Positions 42,579-54,575 of a stretch of DNA of 64,000 nt are shown in pieces. A program made the translations under genes and the position numbers. The first letter of the stretch is position 1. Every line of letters starts with the position of its first letter. This DNA comes from an uncultured Gemmatimonadales bacterium (GTDB lineage Bacteria; Gemmatimonadota; Gemmatimonadetes; Longimicrobiales; Gaopeijiaceae), in the NCBI GenBank assembly GCA_963823035.1, contig CAWGKG010000024.1, forward strand, positions 1-64,000, written 5' to 3'. The notes beneath the pieces were generated by a model. It ran no database searches and had not been told where the DNA came from. It saw only the letters and a program-made list of their open reading frames with translations.

Positions 42579-43983
42579 TCAGCGCCCGGCGATCGGCGGA
42601 TCTCCCAGGCGCTCCCGAGCGGTGCCCAGCACCCGCTCCGCCATCGCCGCCGCGCCCAGCAGCGCCTCGTCCTCCCCGGCGCGCGCCACGAGCTGGAGGC
42701 CCACGGGCATTCCCGCCTCGTCCCTCCCGACCGGCAGGGTGACGGCGCAGGCCCCGAGGATGCTGACCGGACAGGTGGGTCGAAGGGCCGCGACGTTCGC
42801 CTCCAGATAGCGCGGTAGCGCCTCCAGCTCCGCCACGGGAGGCGGGGTGACGATGCAGGTCGGGAGCGCGAGGATGTCCGCGTCGGCGAAGAGCCCCGGC
42901 GCACGGGCCACCATGGCCCACCGCTCCGCCATCGCGGAGGCGTAGGCGGCCGACGTGAGCGCCTCCGCCTTCTCGAGACGGCTGCCGACGGTGGGATGGA
43001 GGATCGCCGGCCACTCGGGTAGGTCGCGGGCGAGAAAGGCACGGCACTCGGCGCCGGCGATGCCCCCGTGCAGGTAGAGTCGCCCGGCCTCGTCGAGGAG
43101 GGAGCCGTCCCCTTCCCCGATCCGCCAGCCGGCGCCGGCCAGCTCGTCCAGGGCGGCGCGAAGAACCGTGGCGATGTCGGGCGCGCAGTCGTCCCAGAGC
43201 GAGCAGCGGGGGACCTGCAGGGTGGGGACGTCCGACGCCGCCAGCGACGCCAGGAGGGCGTCGGGCTCACCCCAGGCGGGATCGACGGCGCCGAAGAACC
43301 AGGCGCTGTCGGCCACCGTGCGGGTGAGGCCCCCCACGCTGTCGAGCGTGGTGCTCAGCGGCACCACGCCGTCGAGGGCCCATCGGCCGAAGGTGGTCTT
43401 GTGGCCGACCGTTCCCGTCATCCCGGCGGGAATCCGGATCGAGCCGCCGGTGTCGGTGCCGAGCGCGAGGAGCGCCGAGCCCTCGAGGAGGCTCACCCCC
43501 GCCCCGCACGACGACCCTCCCGGGATGCGGTGGACCTGCGGCGTCCCAGGGGTTCCGGGGCGTGCCCCAGTGCGGGTTGATGCCCACCGCGCCGTAGGCC
43601 AGCTCGACCGTGTGCGTCTTGCCGACGATCACCGCCCCCTGGGCGCGGAGCCGCGCCACGAGCCAGCCGTCTCGCGACCAGGCGTCGGGGAGACGCCGCG
43701 CCGTGCCCGCGTACGTGGGAAAGCCGGCGACGCCGTAGAGGTCCTTGGCCGAGACGGGGATGCCGCAGAAGGGCGGCGGCGCGTCCTCCCGCGCGAGGAT
43801 CCCGTCCGCGCGGCGGGCGTCGTCCAGCGTGCGCTCCGGGTCGACGTGCTTGTACGCGTGCAGCACGGGATCGAGGCGCGCGATGCGCCCGAGCGCCTCC
43901 TCGGCGAGCTCCACGGCCGAAGCGGTGCGAGCGCGCAGCGCACGCGCCACCTCGATCAGCGGCAGGTCGAGAACGTCGCTCAT
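42579..43983 (-). CDS. Amidase signature family enzyme (frameshift near 43520)
   Basis: [25 protein letters not shown], Gly/Ser-rich segment, [13 protein letters not shown] and MPVGLQL. Confidence 0.92.
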
Positions 43984-44122
43984 CTCGCAACGCTACGACG
44001 GGGGCTCCGACCCGACAAGCCGCGTCGCGCCCCTCCACCCTCGCTTGCCGAGCATTCTCCTACGCGGTAGCGTGGGCGCCGACTCGAATAGGCTGGGGGG
44101 GGGGTGCCACGGAGATCCGGAC

Positions 44123-44830
44123 ATGAGCATGGGCAAGCGGTTTTCGGCCGAGCTCTTCGGCACGTTCTGGTTGGTCTTCGGGGGCTGTGGCAGCGCCGTG
44201 TTGTCGGCGGCCTACCCCGATCTGGGCATCGGCTTCATGGGCGTCGCCCTCGCGTTCGGCCTCACCGTGGTCACGATGGCGTACGCGGTCGGCCACATCT
44301 CCGGTGCGCACTTCAATCCCGCGGTGAGCGTCGGATTGGTCGCGGGTGGCCGCTTTCCGGCCAGGGACCTGCTGCCGTACGTCGTGGCCCAGGTGATCGG
44401 GGCCGTCGCGGCGGGCGGCGTGCTCTACCTGATCGCGAGCGGCAAGCCCGGCTTCGACGCCAGCGCCGGTTTCGCCTCGAACGGCTACGGGGCGCACTCC
44501 CCCGGCGGCTATTCGCTCCAGGCCGCCATCCTGGCCGAGCTCGTGCTCACCGCGTTCTTCCTGATCGTGATCCACGGCTCGACGGACAAGCGCGCGCCGG
44601 CCGGCTTCGCGCCCCTGGCGATCGGCCTGGCGCTCACGATCATCCACCTGGTCAGCATCCCGGTCACCAACACCTCCGTCAACCCGGCGCGCAGCACGGG
44701 CGTGGCGCTCTTCCAGGGCGGCTGGGCGATCGCGCAGCTCTGGGTGTTCTGGCTGGTCCCCCTCGTCGGTGGCGCGATCGGAGGCCTGATCTACCGCAGC
44801 CTGCTGGAGAGCCGCGACCCGGTGACCTGA
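44123..44830 (+). CDS. aqpZ: Aquaporin Z
   Basis: [40 protein letters not shown] (two NPA motifs). Confidence 0.95.
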   Translation: MSMGKRFSAELFGTFWLVFGGCGSAVLSAAYPDLGIGFMGVALAFGLTVVTMAYAVGHISGAHFNPAVSVGLVAGGRFPARDLLPYVVAQVIGAVAAGGVLYLIASGKPGFDASAGFASNGYGAHSPGGYSLQAAILAELVLTAFFLIVIHGSTDKRAPAGFAPLAIGLALTIIHLVSIPVTNTSVNPARSTGVALFQGGWAIAQLWVFWLVPLVGGAIGGLIYRSLLESRDPVT

Positions 44831-44991
44831 CCCGGGGGGACCGGCGGCCCGGCGCGCTCCTCGGTGGAGCACGCGCCGTTGGTGCACGCTTTGCGCAGCT
44901 TATTCGCTCTCCCGCACGCACGACTTCGGCACCGTCCCCTTCCCGGGCTTGACCGTGTCCAAGCGGTGTTATATCGTTGCCGAAGTTAAAG

Positions 44992-45019
44992 GGGATAATT
45001 GTTGGACATTCTCTGTACA
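44992..45019 (+). promoter_or_regulatory. 11-bp-spaced direct repeats upstream of the fasciclin gene (possible CarH/LitR-type operator)
   Basis: GGGATA-N5-TGGACA-N5-TGTACA in an AT-rich patch; inverted TGTCCA at 44956. Confidence 0.35.
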
Positions 45020-45039
45020 ATCCTGCCTGGGAGGTTGTC

Positions 45040-45950
45040 ATGACGATCCGGACACTCACCGCCACCGCGGGCGCGGCCCTCGCCGCGCTCACGCTCGCCG
45101 CCTGTGGAGACGATCCCGTACAGGGGGCCGAAGAGCAGCCCTCGATCATCGAGGTCGCCACCGCAGCGGGCTCCTTCAACACGCTGCTCGCCGCCCTGGA
45201 CGCGGCCGGACTGACCTCCACGCTGGAGGGTGAGGGCCCTTTCACGGTGTTCGCGCCCTCCGACGAGGCGTTCGCCAAGATCCCCGCCGAAGCCCTGAGC
45301 GCGTTGCTCGCCAACCAGGATCTGCTCACGGCCGTGCTGACCTACCACGTCGTTCCGGGTAGGGTGGAGGCCTCGGAGGTGGTAGGACTGACGAGCGCGC
45401 CCACGGTGAACGGGAAGACGCTGTCGATCTCGGTGGTGAACGGCACGGTGAAGGTGGACGGAGCCAACGTGGTGAGCACCGATATCGAAGCCGGCAACGG
45501 CATCATCCACGTCATCGACGACGTGCTCACGCCGCAGTCCATCCTGGACCTGGTGCAGACCGCCCGGAAGGCGGGCTCCTTCAGCACGCTGCTCGCGGCC
45601 CTGGACGCGGCGGGTCTGACGGCGACCCTCGAGGGCGTGGGGCCGTTCACGGTCTTCGCGCCCACGGACGAGGCCTTTGCGGCTCTCCCAGCCGGCACGA
45701 TCGACGCTCTGCTCGCCGACCCGAGGCCCTGGCCGCGATCCTCACCTATCACGTCGTGGCGGGTGAAGTGACGGCGAGCCAGGTCGTGAACCTCACTTCG
45801 GCCACCACGGTCAACGGAGCCGACGTCGCGATCTCGGTGGCGGGTGGCAACGTCATGATCAACGACGCCGACGTGGTGGCGACGGACGTCCGCGCGACCA
45901 ACGGCATCATCCATGTCATCAACAAGGTGCTCCTCCCGCCGGCGATGTGA
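45040..45950 (+). CDS. Fasciclin (two FAS1 domains) lipoprotein (frameshift near 45720)
   Basis: Lipobox LAA-C; two copies of GPFTVFAPxDEAF...LTYHVV...NGIIHVI. Confidence 0.92.
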
Positions 45951-45981
45951 CGCGAGCGGGCCGGCCTCTTCTGCGAGCATC

Positions 45982-46010
45982 CGCCCCGGGGGGCCTGACG
46001 CCCCGGGGCG
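45982..46010. terminator. Hairpin between convergent genes
   Basis: CGCCCCGGGG ... CCCCGGGGCG 10-bp inverted repeat. Confidence 0.45.
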
Positions 46011-46043
46011 GTCGCGTCTTCTCGGTGTCCGGGCTCCGGGGCG

Positions 46044-47093
46044 TCATCGTGGGGCTCCTCCGGTCCTCCAGGGGCATCTCGGTAGCTGCTGCACCAGGGG
46101 GACCTGGCCGACACGTCTGAGTGCGTTGGTCGGCGCGAGGACGTCGCGCAGGAAGCGGTCGCTGACGTGGGTGTAGATCTCCGTGCTGGCGATGCTCGCG
46201 TGCCCGAGAAGGCGCTGCACCAGGCGGATGTCGACCCCCGCCTCGAGGAGCTTTGTCGCCGACGTGTGCCGCAACATGTGCGGCGTGAGGCGACGGTGGA
46301 TCCCCGCCCGTCGGCCAAGGGTCCGCAGGCGCCGACGGAGCATCGCGGCGTTGAAGACGCCTCCGTCGGTCGTGACCAGAAGCCGCTCGCTGGCCGTGCG
46401 CACGGTCCGTCTACGCGCCAGGTACCCGTGCAGCACGCCCAGCGCTTCGGGCCCCACCATGTACACGTAGCGCTCGCGGCTGCCCTTCCCGAAGACCTTG
46501 ATCGCACCGGTGTGCGCGTCGACGTCGTCGCGCTGCACCGAGAGGAGCTCACCCAGCCGCATCCCCGTCGTGAACATCGCCACCACGGCGAAGTGCATCT
46601 GGGCTGCATCGAAGGAGCGTCCACCGTTCCGCTCCGCCGTCACGCGCGCGGCATCGAGCAGCCGCCGGGTCTCGACCGCCGTGAGCGAACGTGGCAACAG
46701 CCGCGGCTGCTGGAGCCTGAACCGGATGCGGCGAAAGGGGTTCGGCGCGTAGTCCTCTTCCTCGATCCACGTGAAGAACGCCCTGAGGGCGCTGACCCGG
46801 CGCCGGATCGTCGCCACGGCGAGCTTCCGATCGAAGAGGGAGCGCACGTAGCCGTGGACCACGTCGCGATCTGCGGCGCGGATCGGGATCGCCCCCGCGA
46901 AGCGGCGGAAGTCGAGGAGGTCCGCCTCGTACAGCCGGATCGTCTTGGCTGCGAGGTTTCGCACCACCAGGCAGTAGTCGAGGAAGTCGGGACACAGCTC
47001 CGGCAACGTCGGTCCGGGCGCAGGAGCTGGGGGAGGTCGAAGCTCCAGTTGGGTGGCAGTGCTTCCTTCGGGCTCGACTCCCGGTGCGATCAT
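46044..47093 (-). CDS. Tyrosine recombinase (XerC/XerD-like)
   Basis: N-terminal SAM-like domain; TGMRLGE (R), GKGSRER (K), HMLRH, LLGH and TEIYTH (Y); GGAGGAGG RBS. Confidence 0.92.
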   Translation of the reverse strand: MIAPGVEPEGSTATQLELRPPPAPAPGPTLPELCPDFLDYCLVVRNLAAKTIRLYEADLLDFRRFAGAIPIRAADRDVVHGYVRSLFDRKLAVATIRRRVSALRAFFTWIEEEDYAPNPFRRIRFRLQQPRLLPRSLTAVETRRLLDAARVTAERNGGRSFDAAQMHFAVVAMFTTGMRLGELLSVQRDDVDAHTGAIKVFGKGSRERYVYMVGPEALGVLHGYLARRRTVRTASERLLVTTDGGVFNAAMLRRRLRTLGRRAGIHRRLTPHMLRHTSATKLLEAGVDIRLVQRLLGHASIASTEIYTHVSDRFLRDVLAPTNALRRVGQVPLVQQLPRCPWRTGGAPR

Positions 47094-47194
47094 GGCCCCT
47101 CCTCCTCCGTCCGTGGGTCCGGTTCGGAAACGTCCGGGGCGCGAAGCTGAGCCGGCGATTCGGCCGTGGCAACGGGGGGCGGGAGTGCGCCTCC

Positions 47195-49793
47195 TCACTC
47201 CTCCCGGAGCACGTCCGCCGGTGGGAGCCGGCCGGCCCGCGAGGCCGGTAGCCAGGCCGCGAGGACGGCGGTGACGCACAGCGCCGCCGCGGGAGCCAGG
47301 TACGCCCAGGGCGCCAGGGAGGAGACGCCGAAGAGCATCGATTCGAGCACGCGCGCGGACAGGGCCGCCGCCACGCCGCCCACCACCACGCCTGCCGCCG
47401 CGATGACGAGGGCGGAGCGGACCACGCTCGCGACCAGGGTGGACGGGTCCGCGCCGAGCGCCATGCGCACGCCGATCTCCCTGCGCGTCGCCGCGACGTG
47501 CTGCGTCAGCGCCGCGTAGATGCCCAGGGCGCCGAGGCCCGTGGCCAGGACGGCGAGCACCACCAGGAGGCCCATGACCACCCACGAGATGGAGTACGCG
47601 GCGCGCACCACGTCGTCCATCCACGCGACGGAGCGCACCGGCACGAGGGGGTCGGCGTCCAACACGGCGCGGCGCAGGTCGGGGACGATCGACGCGTTCC
47701 GTCCCGTGGTGCGTACCAGGAGCGTCACGTCCCGCGCGGGGCTCTCGGCGAGCGCGACGTACATGGCCGGCTCCGGCGGGCCCGTGATGTCGCCCGATCG
47801 GATGTCGGGCACCACGCCCACCACGGGCACGAAGGTGTTCCACATGTGCGGATCGATCGCGACGCGCCGCCCGATGGGCGAGACGTCCGGCCACATCAGG
47901 TCGGCCAGGGTCTGGTTCACCACCACGGCGCCGATCCCCCGCCCCCGGTCCTCGGAGCCCAGCAGCCGACCCTCGACCGCCTCGATCCCCATGACCTCGA
48001 AGAAGCCCGGGTCCACGAGCTGCATCGGCGCGCCCCGCGCCTCCGCCTGGCTCACCGGGGCGGCCTCCGGGTTGAGGGGAGCGCCGGGGGCCTGGTCGCG
48101 GAGCGGCAGCCAGCCGGTGAGGCCCACGGCCTCCACCCCGGGGACCGCGGACACGCGCTCCACGAGCGCGTCGTAGAGCTGCCGGGCCGTGGCCGGATCC
48201 GAGACCCGGTCCTCCGGAGGGGACAGCTCCACGGTCAGGAGGTTCTCCTCCGCGAAGCCCAGGGGCACGTCGCGGAGGTTGCCCACCGTCGCCACCAGGA
48301 GGGTGGCCGAGACCAGCAGTAGGGTGGCGAGGGCGGCCTGCACCGCGACCAGGGATCGCTGCACGGTCATGCCCGAGCGCGGCCTCAGGGTCACGCCCGC
48401 GCGTTGGGTACGCAGGTAATGCGCTACCGGGACCCCGGCGACGACGATCCAGGCGCCCAGCGCCGCCGCCAGACAGAAGGCGAGCACGGGCAGCGAACGG
48501 ACCGCGCTGCTCACCACCACGGCCTCGCCCACGAAGAGCCCGGCGATGCGCGGCCCGCCCATCGCGCCGGCCCACAGGCCGGCGCCGACGGCGAGCCCGG
48601 TGAGGACGGCGGCCTCCACCAGGAGCTGACGCACGATCCGCCCCCGCCCCGCGCCGATGGCCGCACGCACCGCCAGCTCGCCACGCCGCTCGATGGCCCG
48701 CCCGAGCAGGAGGTTGCCCACGTTCAGCGCCGTGACGAGCAGGAGGAGCGCGGTGGCGCCCAGCAGGAGGAGCAGCGGTGTGGAAACCAGGCTTCGCTGC
48801 GAGGCGTCGGCGCGGGCCACCCGCACGAGGCCGTCGTCCCAGTCGGCCCGGAAGAAGTTGGGGAAGATGCGGGCCAGGTAGGCGTCGAACGCGCCGACCT
48901 CGTCGCGGCGTCCGCGGAGGTGAAGCCGTCCGCGAGGACGCCCACCAGCTTCAGGTCCACGGCCTTGAAGTAGTCGTCCTCACGCGGATCGACGACCAGC
49001 GGGAGCCAGATCTCGGCGCGGCCGCCCGGGGCCCGGCTCCCCATCCGCTGGATGCCCACGACGCGCGCCGTGGTGCCGCTCACGTCCACCGTGCTGCCGA
49101 GCACCCCCGGGTCGGCGCCGAAGGATCGGCGCCACAGCGCCTCCCCCAGCACGGCGACCGGCTCCACGCCCAGGAACGCGTCGTCGTCTTCGAGCGCCCT
49201 GCCGAGGACCGGCTGCACCGACAGCTCGCGGAAGAGCTCCGGCGTGATGGCGACGCCGTTCACGCTCTCGCTGCCGTCGCGGGGGGTGCGCAGCGCGTAG
49301 GCCGCTTCCACGTAGCCGCCCAGGGACCGGAAGGCGTGCTCGTTCTCGCGGTACAGCTCCATCATGCCGAACGACCACTTCCGCTCCGGCCACACGCTCA
49401 GCGTGCGGTCGGGAGCGTTCCACCAGCTCGTGTTGCGGAAGGTGCCGTCCACCACCGAGTAGACGGCCACGTTCGCGCCCAGGCCGAGGCCGAGCACGGC
49501 CACCACGCCCAGGGCGAAGCCCGGGTGCTTGAGGATCAGGCGGAAGGCCCAGCGCACGTCCATGAGGACGCCGGCACCCTGTCCCGGCTGTCGGCGCCGC
49601 TGCCCGTGAGCGCGCGGTACGCCACGATGGACACGACCTGTCGCGCGTACCAGAGGCGGGCACCGAGCCGCGAGTGGCCGAGCCGGCGCTGGAACTCCTC
49701 GGCCAGGTCGCCCAGCGTACCCTGCCCCGAGAGCCCCGCGGGAAGCGCCCGCTCGGCGATGCGCTCGAGCCAGCGCGGAGGATGGGCGCTCAT
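47195..49793 (-). CDS. Duplicated MacB/FtsX-type ABC permease (ADOP-like), frameshifted
   Basis: PPRWLE...GDLAEEF prefix; LGLGANVAVYSVVDG; NVGNLLL.RA..R..ELAVRAAIGA; RREIGVRMALGA; ATGA overlap with PadR. Confidence 0.9.
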
Positions 49794-50116
49794 CGGTCCA
49801 GGGCCCCCTCCAGACCGTTCCACAGCGCCAGCAGCGTGCTCCGGGAGCGGGCCAGCATCTCCAGGCCCTCGGGCGTGAGGCGCAGGTAGCGCCGCGGCCG
49901 CCCGCCCCGCTCGGTGGAGGCCGGACCCTCGGACGACTCCAGCAGCCCCTTTCGCTCCATCCGGTCGAGCGTGGTGTACAGCGCCCCGCTGGACGGCGTG
50001 CGCCCCGCCACCGCCTCCATCTCGTCCTTCACGGCGAGCCCGTATGCCTCGTCGCCCAGGCGCATGATGGAGAGGAGCACCACCTGCTCGAACTCGCCCA
50101 GGTAGTCCTGGCTCAT
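49790..50116 (-). CDS. PadR family transcriptional regulator
   Basis: LGEFEQVVLL, AYG, GALYTTLDRMERKGLL and GGRPRRYLRLT. Confidence 0.93.
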   Translation of the reverse strand: MSQDYLGEFEQVVLLSIMRLGDEAYGLAVKDEMEAVAGRTPSSGALYTTLDRMERKGLLESSEGPASTERGGRPRRYLRLTPEGLEMLARSRSTLLALWNGLEGALDR

Positions 50117-50901
50117 CGGGCGCACGTCCTGATCTCGCTGTGGACCCAACTGATGGCGATGGCACACTCGAGCACCGGCGGCGTGCCCACCAGGACGAAG
50201 CCGTCGCCGCGGGGGGAGAAGCGCGCGATCACCGGGTGGTCGCTGAGCCGATCGGGCACGTCGTGGAAGGTGGTGGCGCCGAGCTCGAAGCTGTCGGCGC
50301 TCCCGTCGGTGATGCCCGTCTCCCGGAGGACCGCCTCGTTCACCAGGAGGGCCGGAGCGCCCAGCTCGAGCATCGCCGGGTAGATGTGGCCCTGGACCTT
50401 CACGTCCAGCGCGAGCACCACGCCGTGGTAGATGCGCAGGCGTACCGGCTCGGACAGCGCGACGCCCGGCCACTCCACCGCCCGACCGAAGGGCTTCAGC
50501 ACCAGGCGCCCGCCCGGTACGTCGAAGAGGACGTCGTAGCCGCTGAGCGTGTTGTTGCCCACCAGGCCGTCCATGACCTGGCCGTCCACCGTGAGGGAGG
50601 CGTCGTAGAGCGTCTCGTGGTCCTCCATGTTCACGGGCACGCCGCCGAGCGTGAGGGCCTGCCCGCCGACGCGGGCCGCGCCCGACTCGGAGAGGACGGT
50701 GACCGCGGAGCCCGTGGACACCAGGAAGGTGAGCTCGTTGCCGTCCGCGGTGCGGACCGGGACCACCATGTGCCCCGCGCGGGCCGAGAGCGGGATCTCC
50801 ACGGGCGACTGCGAAAGCGCCTGACCGGCCGCCGCCGCCATGGCCGTTGTGAGCAGGATGGTGGCACACACGGCTCCCCTTAGCATCGTCGTCGTACCCA
50901 T
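50113..50901 (-). CDS. Secreted tandem retropepsin-like protein lacking catalytic aspartates
   Basis: Signal peptide; FLVSTGS and MLELGA at the two DTG positions; DGLVGNN.L..YDVLFD...GRL; start could instead be 50886. Confidence 0.7.
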   Translation of the reverse strand: MGTTTMLRGAVCATILLTTAMAAAAGQALSQSPVEIPLSARAGHMVVPVRTADGNELTFLVSTGSAVTVLSESGAARVGGQALTLGGVPVNMEDHETLYDASLTVDGQVMDGLVGNNTLSGYDVLFDVPGGRLVLKPFGRAVEWPGVALSEPVRLRIYHGVVLALDVKVQGHIYPAMLELGAPALLVNEAVLRETGITDGSADSFELGATTFHDVPDRLSDHPVIARFSPRGDGFVLVGTPPVLECAIAISWVHSEIRTCAR

Positions 50902-50963
50902 CGTCGTCCCCCAGGCCAGGTGAGCCGTCGGGCGGTCGCAGGCCATTCGCGTCGGCGACCGTA

Positions 50964-51004
50964 ATCCTACAATGTGAGTATGCTCGAAGCTCACATTGTA
51001 GGAT
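50964..51004. promoter_or_regulatory. Perfect 15-bp inverted repeat, probable PadR operator
   Basis: ATCCTACAATGTGAG-N11-CTCACATTGTAGGAT, AT-rich, in a divergent intergenic region. Confidence 0.7.
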
Positions 51005-51169
51005 ACGCGGGAGGAGGCGCAAGAGCGATGCGCCGCGGCCGTCGTGCCCGCCGTCACGTGCGGCCTCCGGCCGGCGGCGGCAGCATCGCCCCGCCGTGCC
51101 ATCCCTCCCGCGGGAGCCCGTAGGTAGGCGCCTCACCCGTCCAGGTGTCCTCCGACGCCGGAGACGACC

Positions 51170-54100
51170 ATGACGTCTTCGCCTGCCCCTATCCTCGCGC
51201 GCGGCTCGTCGCGCTCCTCCTCCTCGCCGTCCTTCCATCGGCGCTGGCCGCCCAGGAGGCGGCGAGAGGCCGGAGCGCCCGTCGTGGGACGTCACGAAGG
51301 CGCGCGGCACCACCCGCGACATCGACTTCACCACCTCCGAGGGGACGTGGATGTCGATGGATCTCTCGCCGGACGGAACGTGGATCGTCTTCGACCTGCT
51401 CGGCCACATCTACCGCATGCCGGCCGCGGGCGGCGAGGCCACCGTGCTCACGCAGAACAGCGGCGTCGCGCTGAACTTCCAGCCGCGCATCTCGCCGGAC
51501 GGGCGCTCCATCGCGTTCATCAGCGACCGGAAGGGCCAGTACAACCTCTGGGTCATGGACGCCGACGGATCGAATCCGCACGCGGTGTTCACCGACCTGA
51601 ACGCGACGGCCGTCGAGCCCGCGTGGATGCCCGACGGGAACTACATCCTCGTGAACCGGCGCCGACGCGGAGGCGGCGGGGCGGGCGAGGCGAGGGCAAC
51701 GGCATCTGGATGTACCACAAGGACGGCGGCCGGGGCGTGCCGCTCGTGGGCGGCGACGGGCGCAACGGCGCCCCCTCCTGGCCGACGGTCTCCGCGGACG
51801 GGCGCTACCTGTACTACCAGGTCGGGATGGACGTGGACGACGACGAGCCGCTCTCGGGCTCGATGCAGCTCCGGCGCTTCGCGTTCAAGACCGGCGAGAT
51901 CGTCGACATCACCGCGGGCGAGAGCAGCGGCGCGGCCGCGGGGCGCCTCTCGAGCGGCGGCGCGGCGGCGCCCGAGGTGTCGCCCGACGGACGCTGGCTC
52001 GCCTTCGCCCGCCAGATCCCGGACGGCACGCTCGTGTTCAAGGGCCACGAGTACGGTCCGCGCACCGCCCTCTGGATCCGCGACCTGAGGAGCGGGGCCG
52101 AGCGCATGGTCATGGACCCGATCGAGCCGATGGTCGCCTCCGGCTCGAAGACGCTCGGCGTGCTGCCGCGCTACCGGTGGGCGCACGACGGGCGCTCGAT
52201 CCTGCTCATGCAGGGCGGCAAGGTGCGGCGGCTCGACGTGGCCACCGGCGAGGTCGCCACGATTCCGTTCACGGCGAGCGTGCACCGCACGCTCTCGCAG
52301 ATGGCGCGCAACGAGTTCCGCATCACCGACGGCCCGCTCGACGTGAAGTTCTTCCGCTGGCCGACCTCGACGCCCGATGGCCGCCTGATCGCCTTCCAGG
52401 CCGTGGGGCACATCTGGGTGCAGGACGGACCGAGCGGCACCCCGCGGCGCATCACGCCGGCGTCGTTCACGCAGCTCGAGTACGCGCCCACCTGGAGCCC
52501 GGACGGACGCACCCTGGCGTTCGTCACCTTCGAGGACACCCTGCGCGGCGCCGTGTGGAAGGTGCCCGCCGGCGGCGGCGCGCCCGTCCGCCTGTCCCGC
52601 GACCCGGGCGACTACGTCGACCCGGTGTGGAGCCCCGACGGGCGCTCGGTGGTGGTCGCGCGCGGCGACGGCGCCACGGCGCGCGGGCGCACCATGACGC
52701 ACAACGCGTACTACGACCTCGTGCGCTTTCCCGCCGCGCCCCCGGCGGCCGGCGACACCGGCGTCGTGGTGGCCACGGTCACCCGTCCGTCGGGAGCCTC
52801 GCTCTCCGGCGAGTCGCGCCGGCAGCTCGTGCGCCCGTCGTTCGGGCCCGAGGGGCGCCTCTTCTGGATCGACGAGGTGGCGGGCGCGGACGGCGCGGCG
52901 CGGGGGCACGGCGCTCATGTCCGTGAAGCCCGACGGCAGCGACAAGCAGGAGAACCTGAGCTTCCCCTTCGCCGACGAGATCGTGCCCTCGCCCGACGGG
53001 ACGTGGGTCGCCTTCCAGGAGGGGGACAACGTCTACGTCGCCCCCATGGCCTGGGGCGGGATCGGCGGCGAGGCGCAGCGCGTGGAGAAGCGGCGCGGGC
53101 AGTTCCCCGTCACGCAGCTCACGCGCGACGGCGGGCTCTTCCCCCGCTGGCGGGACGCGACCACCGTCGAGTACGGGAGCGGGCCCGCACTTCTACGTGC
53201 ACCACATGGACACGGGCGCGACCGACACGACCACGCTCGCGCTCAGCGTTCCGCGCGACGTCCCCACGGGGAGCGTCGCGCTCACCAACGCCCGCCTGGT
53301 GACGCTGCGGGACCGCGAGGTGATCGAGCGCGGCACGATCGTGATCCGGGGGAGCCGCATCGCCTGCGTGGGGACGTGCGACACCGCCGGCGTGGACCGC
53401 GTGATCGACGCGAGCGGCAAGACCATCATCCCCGGGTGGGTGGACATGCACGCCCACCACTACCGCGAGTGGCGCGGGATGCGGCCCAGGCACGACTTCG
53501 AGCAGGCGATCTACCTCGCGTACGGCGTGACCACCACGCTCGACCCGTCGATGTACAGCCAGAACATGTTCCCCACCGCGGAGCTGATCGAGACCGGGGA
53601 GATGATCGGGCCGCGCGGCTTCAGCACGGGCGACAACATCACGGCCGGCGACGCGACGCGCGCCAACGAGATCGAGAGCCCGGCCGACGCGCTCGCCATG
53701 GTGCGCAAGATGGCCGACTGGGGCGCGGTCACGATCAAGCAGTACGCCCAGCCTCGCCGCGATCAGCGCCAGTGGATGGCGGAGGCGTCGCGCACCGTGG
53801 GGCTGAACGAGACGTCCGAGGGCGGCCACTTCATGGAGAACCTCGGCTTCATCATGGACGGCCAGACCGGCTGGGAGCACGCGTTCAGCGAAGTGCCCAT
53901 GTACGCCGACGGCGCGAAGTTCTTCGGCAAGGCCGGCGCGACGTACTCGCCCACGCTCGTGGTGGCGGGGCCGGGCGCGTGGAGCATCGAGTACTGGTTC
54001 CAGGAGAGCGACGTCTGGAAGGATCCGAAGCAGCGCCGCTGGTTCCCCTGGCGGGCGCTCGTGCCGCAGACGCGCGTGCGCTGGCTCCGCCCGGAGACCG

Positions 54101-54547
54101 ACTACAGCTACCCGTTCATCGCGCAGGCCATGGCCGACATCATCGCCGAGGGCGGCTGGGGCGCGATCGGCTCGCACGGCGAGCACCACGGCCTCGCCTC
54201 GCACTGGGAGGTGTGGATGGGCGCGAGCGCGCTGGGCCCCATGGGCGCGCTCGAGGTCGCCAGCCTGCACGGCGCGCACTTCCTGGGCGCGGACCGGGAC
54301 CTCGGCTCCCTCGAGGTCGGCAAGCTCGCCGACCTCATGGTGCTGAACGCCAACCCGCTCGACGACATCCGCAACACGGTGGACATGCAGTACGTGATGA
54401 AGGGCGGCAAGCTCTACGACGCCATGTCGCTCGACGAGATCTGGCCGGAGGCGATCCCGTTCGGGCCCTACTACTGGGTGAACGACGACGCAGCTCCAGC
54501 AGAACGCGAAGGGCGTGGACACCTTCGACCGGGGGACGGGGCGGTGA
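51170..54547 (+). CDS. Secreted amidohydrolase with N-terminal PD40/TolB-like beta-propellers (several frameshifts)
   Basis: Signal peptide; many SPDG repeats; IIPGWVDMHAH, AYGVTT and GSLEVGKLADL; stop at 54547 assumes one more indel (otherwise 54624). Confidence 0.88.
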
Positions 54548-54575
54548 GCCCCGTCCCCGCCCGCGCCGGCGTCGG

